A stretch of 64,000 nucleotides of DNA from Rebecca billardiae RCC1528 (taxonomy: Eukaryota > Protista > Haptophyta): positions 1,178,001-1,242,000 of the forward strand of contig OZ251223.1 in NCBI GenBank assembly GCA_965240325.2, given 5' to 3'. Below are positions 9,795 to 21,400 of the stretch, piece by piece. Below the pieces are notes generated by a model. The model ran no database searches. It saw nothing but the letters and a program-made list of their open reading frames with translations, and was not told the DNA's origin. The position numbers and the translations under genes were made by a program. The stretch's first letter is position 1. Each line of letters opens with the position of its first letter.

Positions 9795-11851
9795 TTACCT
9801 GAGGCAGTTGAGCGACGTCGTGTACGACGGACCCTGCGCGGCGCGGCACGCCGTGCGGATGGGACGGCCGGCGGCAGCGGGCAGCGCGCGTGAGCTCGCG
9901 GACGCGTGCGGCGCTCGGCACGCGTGCGCACGCTCTCGGCAGGCGCCCACCTTCTTGAGCTGTACCGCCTTGCCCTCGGCGTGGACGCAGTAGTTCATCG
10001 AGACGAAGTAGTCGAACGTCTCCTTGAGCGTGATCTCGAGCGGGCGGTACTCGAGCGGCCCGAGCTCGGCCTGCGTCTTCTTGTCCGCGATCTGCGCGCC
10101 CGGGGCGCGCCCGCGCGCCGATCGCGCGTCAGAGGGCGCGCGGCAGCATCGCCGCGCGGCGCGATGGCTGCTCTGCCGCGCGCCGCGCGCGCGGCACTCG
10201 CTCGCGCACCTGCTGGTAGTAGCGGATTGGCCGGATGCACGACGGGTTGAACCCCAGCTCGTCCCCGTTGAAGTGCTTGCACACCTCGGCGCTCACGAGC
10301 GCCACCCACATCGGGATGGACGGCGTCCACGGGCTGCGCGCGGGGTGGCGCGTTGGCGCGCGCGTGAGCCGGGCGCGGCGCGGGCGCGCGTTGGGCGCGC
10401 GCGCGAGCGGGACGCGGGGCGGCGCGGGGGTGCGCCGCGCCGCCGGTCGAGGCGTTCGCGCGCGCGCTCTCAACGCGCGCACGCACCGGCTCTCGCCCGT
10501 CACGTCGTACACCATCCGCGAGAGCGTGGGCATCTGCACGTAGTGACCCTTAAACAGATAGCGGCTACCCGGCATACCGCGCTCCTCGGCCGCCATGCAG
10601 CCGTGAACCACGTCTCGCACGTCGACGAAGTAGAAGCCGCCTATGGGCAGGCAGGGTAAGCGCCGGTCCCACAGCTGCAGCAGGTACCGCCCGAGCAGCG
10701 ACGGCAGCCGGTCGCCCGGCCCCCAGATGCCCACGGGCGTGATGCGCACGGCGTCCAGCTTGCCGCGCGCCTCGATCACGCGCTGCTCTGCGCGCGCCTT
10801 GGTCAGGTCATACGGCGCGATGTCCGGGTCGGTGCCCGCGTCGGCGAGGCTGCGCTCCTCGGTGATGGGCTGGTGGTCGGGGAACGCGTTGAGCGCGTGG
10901 ATCGAGCCGAAGTGCATCAGCTTCTTCACGCCGTGCTTGATGCACGCGTCGACGACGTTCTGCGTGCCGCCCACGTTCACCTTCTCAAGCAGAGGCAGGT
11001 CTCGCGCACGCAGCGAGACGAGGGACGCGAGGTGGTAGACGACGTCGACGCCCGCGACGGCCGCGTCGACGGCCTGCTTGTCCGTGATGTCCGCCTCGAT
11101 GAAGGTCAGCTGGCCCTCCAGGTCCTCGAGCCCCGTCTTGTCACCGCGGTAGATCATCGCTCGCACCGTCCTGCCCTGCCGCAGCAGTGCGCGCACCAGA
11201 TACGAACCGACAAAGCCGGCGGCGCCCGTGACGAGTACCGCCTTGTGCGTGCGCGCGCACGCGTACGTGGCCTCCTCGGCTCTGTACTCCTCGTCGAAGT
11301 TGCGCACGAGGTCCGGGTGGCGGAACAGTTGCCTGCGCGCATGCGCGCAGGGTCGATCGAGTGCGCGGGCGAGCGCGAGCGCGTGAGCGTGGCGCACGCG
11401 CCCTCGCGCGCCGCGGCGTGCGCGCGCGCGCGCGCCGAGCAGGCGTGTCTGTGCCCCCGCAGGCGCGCGCGGGTAGGCACGGGTGCGCGTACCGCGGCTT
11501 CGTCACCGCGAGCTGCACGCGCACCACCAGGTGCAGCAGCAGCAGCCCCAGCCCTGCCTGCAGGAAGAGTGGCACCAGCTGGTTGCGCTTGCCAATCACC
11601 GGGAAGACGCCGTAGAGGAACGTGACGTTCAGGTCGCCGTTTGGGGGGCCAAAGGCCCCTTGCAGGAAGCAGAGCGTGTACACGAACAGCTCCACGCCGA
11701 GGAAGAGCGCCAGAGCCACCCACAACACTGTGACTGAGTCCATGAAGACGGCGACCTCGCATATGTGCCCCACGCAGTGGCGCTGCCGCACCTTCACCTG
11801 CAGCCGCTGGTCCCACAAGTCAGCGAGGAATTCATCGACTTGGTGCAGCAT
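9795..11851 (-). CDS. NAD-dependent epimerase/dehydratase (extended SDR, HpnA/DFR/3beta-HSD-like) with N-terminal membrane domain; introns 11333-11492, 10334-10486, 10092-10209, 9834-9950
   Basis: VLVTGAAGFVG Rossmann motif, YHLAS, NVGGT, catalytic YDLTK; four GT-AG introns join the frames cleanly; two hydrophobic segments in exon 1. Confidence 0.85.
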
Positions 11852-12123
11852 GTCGGCGCGCCCGGCGGCCCGCTCCCGCGGACAGCCGTCGCGCAGACCG
11901 AGGAGCGCAGCTGCGCTTCCAGCCGAACGATGATCGTCGCGAATCTTGCGCGCCCTGTCCGGGTGCGCTCGGCGAGTACGCCGGTCCAGAGCTACAAGTA
12001 CCCGCCCTTGACCCGCCCAAGCGCGGCATTATTAAATCGGTACGTGATCCTCCTTTAAAAACTCAAGTATTGGCAGTCGATCTCAGCCGCGCGAGATCCG
12101 ACCTCGGCAGCTCTCGCGTCCGG

Positions 12124-13098
12124 ATGATGGCGGCGCAGCCCACGAGCTTGGCGCCGGCAACGCCAACAGATCTGCTGCGCGCGCTGCACAAGGACGAGTA
12201 CTACCGCCATCGGCTGCACGAAGAGCTCCGCGACGCGCTCTTGCCCGTCCTCGGCGGTGCGCGGCTCTCCCTCTGGCGCGACGAGATCGAGGCGGCCTCC
12301 GTCGCATTCTTCTCCGGCCTGATAGCCTTCTCGGGCGTCGCGAGCCCAGGCGAGGAGTACTGCGATCTCGTGCCCGTGTGCCCCGACGACGGCTCGGCGG
12401 GTGGCGCGGCTACGTACTCTGCACGCGCTCTGCGGCGCTGGGCCGTGCTTCACGTCGCACTCACGTACGCGTCGATTGCGATACGCACCCGTTTGCGCCG
12501 GCTCGCCCGCGAGGGTGGACGCTTTGCGTACGCGGCGAGCAACGCGCTCGGCCTCTTGACGGGCTTCCAGCGCGCGCACCTGGCCCTCGCGTACAGAGGT
12601 GGCAGCTTCCTCCAGCTCAGCCGCCGTCTCGCGCGCGTGTCCTTCGTGCGCCACCGCGGTGCACAGCATGGCAGCGTGCCGGCCGAGCAGCGGTTCGACG
12701 CGCTCGCGCTGCTCGTGTGGCTGCAGCTCGCCATCTCCGGCAGCCTGGGCGCCTGGTCCATCCTGCGAGCGGCGATGGCGGCGCTGGCGGCGCGGCAGCA
12801 GCGACGCGAGCACTCCGCCCCCGCTGCGCTAACTCCGGCCAACGCTGGCGAGCAAGCAGTGCCGCTCGAGGCGCAGCAACAGGCCGTGCCTGCGCCGCCC
12901 GCAACAGCTGAAGTCGACGTGACCGCGCGCACGTGCTCGCTGTGCTACGACTTGCGCACCAACACGGCGGCCACGCCGTGCGGCCATCTCTTCTGCTGGG
13001 GGTGCATCACGACTTGGGCGACCACCAAGCTGGAGTGTCCGGTGTGCCGCCAGCGCTTCCGCCTGGGGAATGTCATTGCGGTCATGCACTATGACTGA
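12124..13098 (+). CDS. PEX10: Peroxisome biogenesis factor 10 (RING E3 ligase)
   Basis: LLRALHKDEYY N-terminus, SPGEEY (TLGEEY-like motif), C3HC4 RING CSLC...TPCGHLFCWGCI..W.....CPVCR. Confidence 0.9.
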   Translation: MMAAQPTSLAPATPTDLLRALHKDEYYRHRLHEELRDALLPVLGGARLSLWRDEIEAASVAFFSGLIAFSGVASPGEEYCDLVPVCPDDGSAGGAATYSARALRRWAVLHVALTYASIAIRTRLRRLAREGGRFAYAASNALGLLTGFQRAHLALAYRGGSFLQLSRRLARVSFVRHRGAQHGSVPAEQRFDALALLVWLQLAISGSLGAWSILRAAMAALAARQQRREHSAPAALTPANAGEQAVPLEAQQQAVPAPPATAEVDVTARTCSLCYDLRTNTAATPCGHLFCWGCITTWATTKLECPVCRQRFRLGNVIAVMHYD

Positions 13099-13380
13099 TG
13101 GACCGACCGACGTTCGACGAACGTATTCGTACGAACACTGAACACAGAACAGGGCACACTCATCACAGCCGCCGAACGACACGTCTCATAATCATGACTC
13201 AATTTGACTCGTTGGCAGACTCTGATGGTCAAATTGGTCAACACGAATAAGACATAACTTGATATATTTAACGATATATATATATATATATCTGTCTGAC
13301 CTGGTCGGAAGGCGCGGACGCATTCTATGTATGTCTGTTGCACTCTTGAGCCTGACGCTTGTCCGATGCTGCCACGTCGT

Positions 13381-13478
13381 TAAATATATATAATAATATT
13401 ATAATTATATAAAATGATGAATATCCATTATTATTAATATTATTATTATTAATATTATTATTATTATTAATATTAATG
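13381..13478 (+). repeat. AT-rich (TA)/(TAT)n simple repeat
   Basis: Seen directly in the sequence. Confidence 0.85.
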
Positions 13479-13580
13479 TGCGACGAACTAGTGCTCAGCT
13501 AGCCGAGACGGCATCAATATAAGAAGCACTGATGCTCAGCGTCGCCGTCGCCGCCGCCGCGCTGAGCCTGTCGGCGTTTA

Positions 13581-14582
13581 CTAGTACCCCTGCCTCGGGT
13601 CGAAGGGTGTTGCGAGAGGCGGGCCGCCACCAGCCATCCAGACGTCCAGGTTCTGCTTCCAGACGCCCCAGCCTAGCTGGAAATAGTCCTCGGTCAGGTC
13701 GGCGTTGTGCGCCGTCATGAGCATGTTGGGGCAAGACCACAAAGGGCTGTCCTGTGGCAGCGGCTCCGTCTCGAAGACATCGCACGCCGCCCCGGCAATC
13801 CTGCCATCGGTGAGCGCAGCCGCAAGCGCGCTCTCGTCGACCGCCATGCCGCGGCCCAGCGATATGAACACGCCGGACGGCTTCATCGCGGCAAACGCAG
13901 GGGCGTCACAGAAATGGTGCGTGGCGGGCGTCCCTGGCAGCGTGGACACCACGAAGTCGCATTCCGCGAAGACGCGTCGCTTGCTCTCGGCTGCGCTCGG
14001 CCCGGACATGCTCAGCGTCTCGTCGGCGAGTGGATGCGCCGCGTCTGAGTTGCGCAGGGCGAGCACGCGCATGCCGAGCGCCCGGCAGAGCGGAGCCGTC
14101 TTCTGCGCGATGTGCCCGAAGCCAAGGAAGCCCACGGTCTTGCCCAGCAGCTGCGGCATGATGAAGTTGTCCCACCGCTTGGCGGATCGATTCGCCAGAC
14201 ATTGCTCCGTCTGCTTGTTGTGGTGCAGCATCGCCCACAGCACGTACTCGGCGAGGGACTCGGAGAAGGCGCCGCGACCGTTCGAGCAGAGCACATTGGA
14301 CGAGCCGAGCTGAGAGGCCTCGAAGAACGGAGCGAGCATGTCCACACCCGCGGAGAAGGAGTGGAACCACTTGACCGACGGCGAGATGGTCGGCCACGCG
14401 TCCACCAGCCCCGCAACCGGGCAGGGTGGGATCCAGACGATGGCGTCAGGGGGCGGGTTCAGTGCAGCGACACCCACGCCGTCGTTGCACACCTTCAACG
14501 TGCAGCCTGGCACGCTCGCAGGCATCGCTGCAAGCGCCGGTGAGGAGGGCTTGGCGAGCACGGCGATGACACGATTCATCAT
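13581..14582 (-). CDS. D-isomer-specific 2-hydroxyacid dehydrogenase
   Basis: SAGVD, SLAEY, GKTVGFLGFGHI, LPGTPAT, ISLGRG, ACDVFETEPL, MTAHNA. Confidence 0.92.
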   Translation of the reverse strand: MMNRVIAVLAKPSSPALAAMPASVPGCTLKVCNDGVGVAALNPPPDAIVWIPPCPVAGLVDAWPTISPSVKWFHSFSAGVDMLAPFFEASQLGSSNVLCSNGRGAFSESLAEYVLWAMLHHNKQTEQCLANRSAKRWDNFIMPQLLGKTVGFLGFGHIAQKTAPLCRALGMRVLALRNSDAAHPLADETLSMSGPSAAESKRRVFAECDFVVSTLPGTPATHHFCDAPAFAAMKPSGVFISLGRGMAVDESALAAALTDGRIAGAACDVFETEPLPQDSPLWSCPNMLMTAHNADLTEDYFQLGWGVWKQNLDVWMAGGGPPLATPFDPRQGY

Positions 14583-14678
14583 GGCGCGTTCCGAGCAAGC
14601 GCTCCCGACCGGGAGGACGCGAGGTGACCGGACGGCCGCGGAGCCTCGATCCGGCCGCTCCAACGACCGCCGCCGACA

Positions 14679-15209
14679 ATGTCTGCTTGCCTCCTCGTGG
14701 CACTGGCAACATGCGGGTTTATGAAGCATCCGGACACGGGGAAGTTCATGCCTGATGACTTCAACGTCACGGAGATCGAGGAGCGAGACAAGTGGGAGGC
14801 CACGCGCCCGCACCTTGGATGCGGCGTGTGCCGCATGGTGGTCGGGTATACACTAAATCAGCCGAGCGTGCAGACTACTGACGAGGACGCGCTCTTCTCG
14901 TTCCTCGAGTCTGTTTGTGAGGCGCCAGACGACGTCCTTTTCTTCACCTACGAAATCGTACCTGCAGCCAGCGGTGCCTGGGACGCTGTGCCGACACGCT
15001 CCCCGGACGAGCGGCGAGTCGACATACGCAAGTGGCAGTCGCTCAGCCTACGCGACACATGCGTTTTCACTGTCCTGCCCAACGACGACGCGCTCGTGAG
15101 CGCCATTCAGCGCACGGAAGGGCGTCTGGAGCACGCCGAGCGCGTCGAGCACGTGTGCACAAAGGCGAAGCTTTGCCGTGGCGGCTCTCAACTGAAGGAC
15201 GAGACTTAG
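14679..15209 (+). CDS. Secreted/ER saposin-B-like (Canopy-like) protein
   Basis: Signal peptide, six-cysteine saposin pattern (CGVC...VCE...TC...VCTKAKLC), C-terminal KDET resembling KDEL. Confidence 0.65.
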   Translation: MSACLLVALATCGFMKHPDTGKFMPDDFNVTEIEERDKWEATRPHLGCGVCRMVVGYTLNQPSVQTTDEDALFSFLESVCEAPDDVLFFTYEIVPAASGAWDAVPTRSPDERRVDIRKWQSLSLRDTCVFTVLPNDDALVSAIQRTEGRLEHAERVEHVCTKAKLCRGGSQLKDET

Positions 15210-15987
15210 CTGCAGCGGAAAAAGGCACGTTAATCGTTATCGCCTGCGGGCCTCACGGCAGGTCACGGCTCACTCGCCGTCGCGCGGCTAGGCCTAGTCC
15301 GCCTAGTGGCTGATAATGATTGTTCCCATCGTCATATTCCGCGTGAATTCAGGTACCAGGCTGCTGACAGTCTCCGATGCCGCTCTCAGAATCATCATCA
15401 GGCTAGTCATGTCATGCACTCCGAAGACAGGCAGTAGGTTACAGTAGTCACGCCGTGATTGAACACACAGCCACACCCGTCACACGGACCACTGATCGAG
15501 GGAGAAGGGAGATCACCGAGCTCTCGTGCGCCACGCGCGCGCCGACGCAACGTGACGCGGAGCCAGGCGGTCAGCAGCACACGACGCGGCATGGCCACGT
15601 ATCGTAGTGCCTGCTGCGTCGCATGCAGCAGACACCGACGCCAGTGCGGGAAGTGCCGATGGAGGGTACACCCGGCGCGAGGACGCCGAGCGCCCGATCG
15701 ACCCCGCGCATGCCGGGGCATGCGGCTTCGCGGGTGCGCACGCCGAGGCAGCGCTCGTCGGCTGCAGCCGCAGGCCGCCACGGACGTGCTCGTGCGGGAG
15801 CAGCGGCGAGAGGGTTGCCATGAGCAGTGTGTCTGCGCTGCGCGCAGACGTCCAGGCAGGAGACAAAACGTCAGCTCGAGGGCGTGCCAGCCTGCGCGCG
15901 CCTCGGCTGCGCGCCACCACCGGTGGTGCGGTGTGCTAGACGTGAGCCGCAGCGCGCCATGCACCGACCGTCAACGAGGGGATGCGC

Positions 15988-17372
15988 TCAGGGCATCTTG
16001 CGCCGCTCGTCCTGCTCGTCGTCGTCCTCGTCGCGCTGGCTCTCCGCCGAGAGCTGCCTCTCCTCGGCCGTGCCCTCGAACGGCAGCCCGGTGCTCGTCT
16101 GGTCGAGGGCGAAGAGCTTCTCGAGCTTGTGCGCCATCTCCGCCGTCTCGGGCTCGAGTCGGCCCAGGTCGACGAGGTCGATCACGCCGGCATCGTCGAC
16201 CTCGCAGGGCTCGAAGCCGTCCACGCCATCCGCCACGCAGGTGAGCTCCTCCGCCTCCTCCATCGCCGCCTCCGCCGCCTCCGCCGCCGCCTCCGCAGCC
16301 GCGGCCGCCAGGCTCTCCGCCTCCGCCTGCGCCGCCGCCTCGGCCGCCGCCGCCTCCGCCTCAGCGTCCTTTGGAATCGGGTTGCCCCACATGTCCAGCT
16401 CCACCTTCTCCTGCGGCGGCGGGTCGAGGAAGCCGAGCGAGGACATGGACTGCTCGCCCGTGATCATGCCCGCCCACGCGGGCTGCGCCGAGTCCATCAG
16501 CGGCTCCCACCAGTTGGGCACGTTGGGGATGCCTGCGGGTATGACCGCGTGCGCGCGTGCGCGTCTCGTGAGCATGCGCGCGCGCGCGCGCGCGCGCCCG
16601 CACGCGCGCGCTACTGGCGCGTGCCGCGCAGCACAGCCGTGCATGCAGGCGGCAGCGGCGGCGGCGGTGGTGGTGGTGGCGCGAGGGGCACGGCGTGCAG
16701 CGCGCGCGCACCGATCTCAGGCCCGACCAGCCGCGACTTCCAGTACTTGGCCTGGATTTTCCCGAGCTGGTCGGAGCGGTACTCCTCCAGCCGGACAAGC
16801 TCGGTGTGGCTGACCTGGTGGATGCACTCGACCGGGCAGCACTCGATGGCCTCGTTGATCTTTTCGTCGTCGTCGCCGCCCTGGTTGAAGACGCGCGCGC
16901 GGCCGAAGTCGTCCTCGAGCATGAACGTGTTCGGCGCGACAAAGCGGCAGTGCGTGCACCCAATGCACGTGACCTCATCCACAAAGATGAACTTTGCCGG
17001 CAGCTTGCCTTGCCCGACGAACTGCGACGAGGGGAAGAGCTGCTGGATCAGGCGCTGCGTCGCGGACAGCTCGGGGCTGATCGCCTCCTTGTGCTCCAAG
17101 ATCTCCTCCATTTTTTCCCGCCCCCGCTCCAGCCGCATGCGCTGCTCCTCGTCCTCGCCATCGCCATCCGCTGCAGGCTGTACCGCACCGGTGCCCGCAG
17201 CGTGCACGCGCGCGCGCGCGGCCCGGATGTGCCTGGTGCTCGACAGTGGTCGTGTGTGCGGGGTCGTGCGGACCACCGTGTGTGCCAGTGCGCTCGCCGC
17301 CGCCGCACCCGGGCTCGCCAGAGCGGCTAGCAGCGCGGCGAGCGCGCCCGTCGCGACCTTAGCCATGCGCAT
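15988..17372 (-). CDS. Probably plastid-targeted ferredoxin (Fer4_13/15-like) domain protein with acidic C-terminal tail; intron 16533-16711
   Basis: IFVDEVTCIGCTHC...GRARVFNQG...EAIECCPVECIH; signal peptide ending ASA-L followed by an R/T-rich transit-like segment; GT-AG intron joins to GIPNVPNWWEP. Confidence 0.8.
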
Positions 17373-18487
17373 CCCGGTCCCTGAGTGGGTCCTACAAGGT
17401 GCCCGCGGCGGCACTGCGCGTCGAGTCGCCGGCGCCGTTTGCCGCCTGGGCGGACGCATCTGGGGCATCTTTGAACCCCATGCCGGTTTGTGATTGGCTG
17501 CGTCGTCTCGCACATTCCGAATCATCACTCCTCCCAAATTCATCCGGCAACATCACTACCCGACCGAACTTGGATGAGTCCTGGACTAAACCACACTACC
17601 TTGGTGGCTCCCCGGTCCGGACCCGCACCACAATCTTGAGACTTGACGCCGGCCGCATGGGCCCCGGCCTGCGCGGTGGGCCGGCGGCGGTCCTAGCCAA
17701 CGTCGCGCCGCGTGTTGCACTGCTGGGTCAAGTGCGCCGCTGTCTGCCCGCGAGCCATGCGAACGGATGCGACGGGTGCCCCCAAGTGGCGAAGGCGTGC
17801 GGATGACTGGGCCGCGAGGCGCAGAAGGTGATCCAGCGGCGCGAGTTCAGTCTTCACGGACATGCCAGACAGTTAGAACCGTGCTGCGAAGTGCGATTCT
17901 CTGCGAGGTGTCCCGCAACACAGGTGGCGCGTGCGACAGCAGCGTGGGTGAGCAGACCGAGCGCTGACGGAGGTTGCTTCAGCCGTGCGGGCACAACGGG
18001 CACGAGTCATCTCCCGTGCGCATCCGAGGCCACACTCTAACAGCTGATATTGGCGCCTTTTCGGCTACTCAAGCGCCATCGGATCGGCGTGAAGGACCGC
18101 CCGGCCGCCCGAGTGTAGCGCACGATGGCCGCTAAGTACTTGTACCTCGGATGTAACTGACCAAAAACGACGATGCGCACGCTCCATATTTCAAACCAAA
18201 ATAAAACTGCTACCGTTCGCGAGCAAGAAAATAATGATCCGCGCTGCGAGCCTGCTTGCCGACGACGCGCCCGTCGTCGCGCGTCCGGCGCGCGGCCCCC
18301 GCGCGCCCTAATTTTTTGAGCTTCCGGCCGCAGCAAAGAAACTAAAACAGGCTGCTGATGGCAGTGGCAGCACCAGCCTCTTGACAGTGCATCGGGGGCG
18401 AAGGGGGGATCGCGCTCGGCTGCCTGGCTGCTGGGCTCGGCAGGGCGCTGAGGGCGACACCGGCGTAGCAGCAGCACTGCACGCGCG

Positions 18488-21400
18488 ATGGCGGACCTCC
18501 CTCCGCGCGGCCGCGCGCACTACCGCCGGCACCAGAGCGGCGACCTCCGCAAGCAGATCGAGCAGCTCAACACCTTCATCAAGCGCACGTCCGCGCGCGG
18601 CAGCGTCGCCGATACGAGCTCGGTGGGGGGCGACGAGGGCTGGCGCTCGACTGAGTCATCGCCACCGCTCTCCCCGCGGCATTCCGACGTCGCCCCGCCG
18701 CCGATGAGCGACGCCGGCCGCGGCGGCGGCGGTGGCGGCGCGCGCAAGTACGCGTCATCGGAGAAGTCGAGCGTCGACGCGCGGCAACAGCGCGCGGCGC
18801 CGGAGGTGGTGCGCACGGACTACTCGCGGCCGAGCGTGTGGCGCGGCGGGCTCCTCCTGCAGAACACGCGCACGCGCGCCTCCACCGTCGCCTTCTCGTG
18901 GCGCGAGCTCGAGTACGGCGTCGACTACGTTGAGCTGTTCACAGGCCACATGATCCGGCGCGTGATGGCGGACCAGCTGCTGATCAACGGGCGGCAGCTG
19001 CGCGACTGCCGCAAGGCGGCGGCGACGCTCATCTCGAGCACGTGGCAGCGCCACTACGCGCGCGTGATCGCGCGCGAGGCGCGGCGGCACGCCACCAACT
19101 CGGGCGCGTCGCCGCGGCCGCGACCGCTCCCGCCATTCGTCAGCCAGCCTGGGGGACTCCGGATGCCGCCCCCGGCGCGCGGCGGCGGCGGCGGCGGCTC
19201 CGTGCGGGCGAACGGTGGCTCCGGCGGCGCGCCGCGCGAGCGCAGCAGGAGCCGCGAGCGCGAGCGCAGCAGGAGCCGCGAGCGCAGCGAGAACGGCGGC
19301 GGCGCCGCCGCCGCGGACGGGCGCGGCAGCGAGCGGCGCGGCAGCTCGGGCCGTGCGGCGTCCATGGCGTGCATCGGCGAGCGCACGCAGGCGAGCGCGG
19401 CGCCGTCGCAGAGCTCGGCGGGCGCGGTCACGTCGACGCGTGCGCGGCCGGCGTGGATGCTCGACGAGACGCTCGCCGCGCACAACGCGCGCTCGGGCGT
19501 GGGCGCGGGCGCCGTGCCCGCCCGTCGACCCGCCTCACACCGCGGGATGATCACGGGTGCGCACGGCGGAGGGCTGGGCGGCGGCGGCTGCGGCGGCAGC
19601 TTCCGAAGCGCGCGGTCGGAGCGCGTGGGCGGCGGCTCGCCCGAGCACGCCGTGCGTCTGCAGCGCACCAACTCCGCCGCTGGCCGTGTCGAGCACGTCG
19701 AGACAGAGCGGCGCGTGTGGGAGGGCCAGGGTGAGCACTCGTACCCACGTGAGTACGAGCACCCACGTGAGTACGAGCAGCAGCAGCGCGCGCGCAGCCG
19801 GCGCGCGCGCGAGCGCCCGCCGCCGCAGCAGCCGTCGGCGCAGCTGCCGCCGCGGTACGAGGAGCCGCCGTACCCGCCGCGCCGCGCGTCCGATTCGGAT
19901 GGGGCGGACGACAGCGGCTCCGCGCGCTCGGACGCCGTCGACGGCGTACTCTCGTCGGGCGGCGAGCTCTCGGACGGCGAGTGGCAGCGGCGCGCGCGCT
20001 CGGAGCGGCTGACGCGCTCGCGCTCGGTGCAGTCGGCGAGCGCGGCGTACGGCGTGGCCGAGGGGTACGTCGGCGCGGGCGCGGAGCCGCACGGCGGCGC
20101 GCGCGTGCGCAAGGGGCTCGGCCGCGCAGACGACGCCGCGGCAGGGCAAGGGCTGCGCCGCGCCGCCTCGTGCGGCGCCAGCCTCGCCTCGTTCTCGGCC
20201 AGGGGCGGCGGCTCGGAGGCGGACGCGGAGGTGGAGCGGCTGCATGATCGCGTGGCGGAGCTGGAGGCCATCGTGCGCGCCGCGGCGGCGTCGAGTCCGT
20301 ATCTGCAGAGCGGGCCGCTCGCGTCCGACGGCCGGCCGATCGTGCAGGTGGGCGGTGGCGCAGTCACGCCGCAGTCGCAGGCGCCCGCAGCGCCCGGGCA
20401 GCCGCGCTCCGGCGCGCCGCCCGCGGCGCAGCGCGTCGGCGCCGCGCCGCCGCCGGACGGCGGCGCGCGCCCGCTGGAAGAGCGAGCGCACTCCATGTAT
20501 GCGCCGCAACACGCGCAGCTGCTGCAGCCAGCGGCCGCGGCTGCCGCGCACGAGCTCTCGCGCACGTCCAGCATGCCTGCGCCGCACGCCGGCGGCCACG
20601 AGCTGAAGGGCGTGAGGCCGCCGACGATTGCCGTGCCCCAGCCGGAGGCGCAGGTGCCCGGGGTCGGGCCGGGAGGCCCCTCGGGCGGGGGTGTCGACCT
20701 CGGCGGCGACCTGAGCGTCTCGCCCGATCACAGCACGAGCGGCCTGAGCTCTCGCTTCTCTCGAGGGCTGGGCGGCGGCGGCGCGAGCGGGCAGCAGTCC
20801 GCCCCGCCCTCGTCCCGCCAGCAGCAGCGCGGGCGCAACTTCTCGACGCCGCCGAGCGCGGCGCCGACGCCGGCGGGCGATTCTGACGAGCCGCCCTCGC
20901 TCTCTGACACACAGGAGGAGTCGGCGGCAAAGCGCGCGCTGCGCGAGCTCCGCTCGTCGCCGCGCGCGCTCGCGGCGATCGCGGCGGCGCTGTGCTGCCT
21001 CGTCGTCATTCTGCCCGGGTACCTTCTCCTCTTCGCCGCGCTGCGCCGCCGGGACGGCCCGGCGGCGGGCCAGGGCGCAGGCGGCGAGCAGGGCGGCGCG
21101 GCGGGCGGGGGGACTGGGCCCTCCCACGGTGGAGCAGTCGCGCCCCTGGGCGGCGCGCCCGGGCCTGCTCCCGCGCGGCCCGGGGCGGCGCCGTCGCCCC
21201 CGTCGAAGCGACCGCCGCGGGCGCAGCACGGCCCGCACCCAGCCCAGCGCGTCGCCTCGCCACCGCCGTCGCCGCCGGCGCTCGGGCCGCCCACCATGGG
21301 CGGCGGCCCACCACCCGGGGGCATGGTCGGCCCGCCGGCGCTGCCGCCCTCGCCGCCCGCGCCCGCGGCGCCGCCGATGATGCCGCCGCCCGCGCCGCCG

